From Podarcis liolepis (taxonomy: Eukaryota), in assembly GCA_965112155.1 (NCBI GenBank), contig OZ218101.1: a stretch of 64,000 bases of DNA; one strand, written 5' to 3'. The notes beneath the pieces are model-generated. The model had not been told where the DNA came from and ran no database searches. It worked only from the letters and a program-made list of their open reading frames with translations. Within the stretch, counting starts at the first letter, position 1, and each line of letters starts with the position of its first letter. The translations under genes were made by a program, and so were the position numbers. Shown here one piece after another: positions 61,439-64,000 of the stretch.

Positions 61439-64000
61439 CCCGTTTGGGGCTTTAAATGACTTTAAAAGTTGCTCAGTGCAAGGGATCAGTGGAAAAGCTG
61501 AAGGTTACATGCTGTATGGTTCAGTGCACCATGAGGAGCTTGCATAGTTAGAGAGCTATTTAGGATCTCCTACTGACATTTCACATTGGATCTATTTAGG
61601 ATATCCTACAAACAGTTCAACTTGATGAATCACTGACAGGAGTCACCTTCATCTTCTCATCTTGTGCCAGTAGAATCTGTTTTAGTGGAAGGGATGTTTT
61701 GGTATGGGATAATCTTGGTTTCAGTTTGTATAATTCTGTATGCAGAAACCATCCTGCATTGCATTAATCAGTCTTTAGATTGAGGTGCTGAACATTTTTT
61801 TTATCTGGAGGCACATTTGGAAGTCTGAGGAACTGTCATGGGCACCACAAAATACTCACCACAGAAGAAAAACTGGCAATCATTAGACATTCCTGCAAAC
61901 AATGGTCAAACTTACCCCCCCCCCCAATGAAAATGCAGGGAAAAAACAAGAAAACATCACCCCGCAATAGGCAGACCTCAACAACTAAAACACATATACA
62001 CACCTCTTTTAAAAATAATAAGAGGAGCAAGGGGGCTTGACAGGCACCATGGAATTTCTCTTAGGAATATGTAAAGATCTACACAAAAATCTCTCATACC
62101 AGCTTTGAAGGTGGCCGATTTATTATATTAATGATTGCAGAGCCATGGTCCTGTTGTGTTTAGACAGAGCAAATGATTCTGTACTTACTGTCATTATTTG
62201 GTCCACATAAACATTAGCAAGGTGAATTTAAACTCAGGAGACCTTTGGTATTTCAATGCTGGCCCTGTCTTGATTAGAAATTGCTAGTTGCAAGGTGTTT
62301 TTGTAGAGCATACAAACATTCATGATTAAAGCTTCATTTTCATCAGCAGTGTCACGGTTTCTAAATGTTTTAAATAAAATACCAGGGGGTTATGCTGAAT
62401 ACTAAAATGAATGGCTTTTTTTTTTGTCTGCTTCGCCTGTTCCAAGTTTTCATTCTAAAATCACCAAGGTATTACACTTTAAGAAATGGAGCAGGGCAAT
62501 TTTTTTCCTTACTCAAAGCTAGAAGCTCTGCTATCGAAGAGGATTGAAACTTTGCGATAAAGAAAAAGAAACTTCAGGAAATGTTATTCCATTAGACCTA
62601 AAATGACAAGGTGTGGTTGGCCATCACATACTCTTCATAGTTGGCAACTCCTCATAGGGTTGGGGGCATCTGTCAATTTTGGTTTCAATTTCTTATTCTC
62701 TCCCCCCCCCCAAATCTAAATTCAGTTCCCCACATTTCCCCTAATGTAATGCAGCTCTGTTTGTTATTTCTCTAAGATGCATGCACTTTTATGTTCTCTG
62801 TCCCCTGATATACACATTCAGGGGTTGGAAAACTGAATTGCAAAATTCTGAAAAGTGTGAAGTTTGAAGGACAGCTGCATTCAATGCATATATTGTTTTG
62901 GGAAATGCAAATTAGGTACCAAACTCAATTTCTCGCCCACCCCTCCTTCGCAAAGCCTTCTTCAAATACTATTTTTGCTAGAGAAACTTTGCCAATAGTT
63001 TCCTCATAAGTTGTCTTAGGGAACCTAAGGCATGTGGCAGAGGTTTCCCGCCCCCCGTTCAGAACACCCAAGCCTGATCAAGAGTGTAAAGCACAAAACC
63101 TCACTTTCTGTATTTTAGAATCAAGCTGGTTAAAAAAGAGAGGCTTCATCACTCTTGCTGTAGGTTTCCTGTCCTGTTGAACCAATGTGATGAGTAACAC
63201 TGATTTACAATTTTAGTATCTCATATCTCAAGTGTCAGGATTCAGAGAAAAAGACCATTCCATCTGACTAGGATGTAAAAATTGAGAGGTTTATTCATGC
63301 ACTAATAAAAATGTTTTAATGCTGATTTTTGTATCTTTCATCTTTGAACCAATAATATATGACATTTTCACATGTCCTTTCAAGTTCCTGGGCTGACACT
63401 TCCAGATGCGATGTGCCACATAGATTTGCTTCATTCTCATTGCAAAGATCAGAGCTGACTTAGTGTGATAGGTTGCAATGGTTAAGAATCAGATGTGATA
63501 TTTCATTATATCAATCGTCAGCATACTGAATTTGATGAGACAGTTATCCTTACATATCACAAGTTATTGCTGCCTTTCCTTAGAAGTGTTCCATGCTTAT
63601 TAGAGGAACTTCAGGACCAACAGCTCCCTCCTCACATGGAATTACACAACTATTTTCTGAGCAGATCCCAAAATGTGTTATTTTCTTTATTTAAAAAAAT
63701 GTAATTGCAGGATCATATTATGTTGCATATTTTTCCAAAGCTAGCTGAATTTGGGAAGTTTTGATTAACTTTCCTTTCTTTAATATAAATCAGGTGTGTG
63801 GGATATTTGGCGCTCCAGATGGTGCCCTACATCTCCCATCAGCCCTAGTAAACATGGCCGATGGCCTGGGAAGTGTAGTTGAGCATCATCTGGAGGGCAA
63901 AAGGTTTCCCACATGTGATGTAAATGATAGTCACATTTTTCACTTGTCACTTGACTAAATGTCTAATAGCTTATTAAAATGAATGAAAAGGTTAAAGTCT

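Overview
Eukaryotic, AT-rich, CpG-depleted vertebrate DNA. A full-length Sauria SINE, BovB/RTE, L2, CR1, L1, Rex1 and Penelope-like remnants point to a squamate, probably a lacertid lizard (inference). I can support no host protein-coding exon, so the window looks like a gene desert or a very large intron. The only long ORF (594 aa) is a 5'-truncated, uninterrupted L1 ORF2. Other content: Tc1/mariner-pogo and hAT MITEs with clean TIRs/TSDs, several solo LTRs (one nested), microsatellites and a few motif-dense, repeat-free stretches that could be enhancers. Strongest candidates for something undescribed: (1) two diverged copies (~1.3-2.1 kb and ~60.7-61.4 kb) of a ~0.7-kb LTR-like unit. On the minus strand each keeps a covarying stem/U-rich internal loop/stem module resembling an ENE (poly(A) triple-helix element) upstream of AATAAA. 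(2) A young Gypsy-type solo LTR almost filled by a ~224-codon acidic/basic ORF broken only at a G10 run. (3) Penelope-like ends carrying degenerate hammerhead ribozyme cores. All family assignments come from motif recognition by eye, not database searches.
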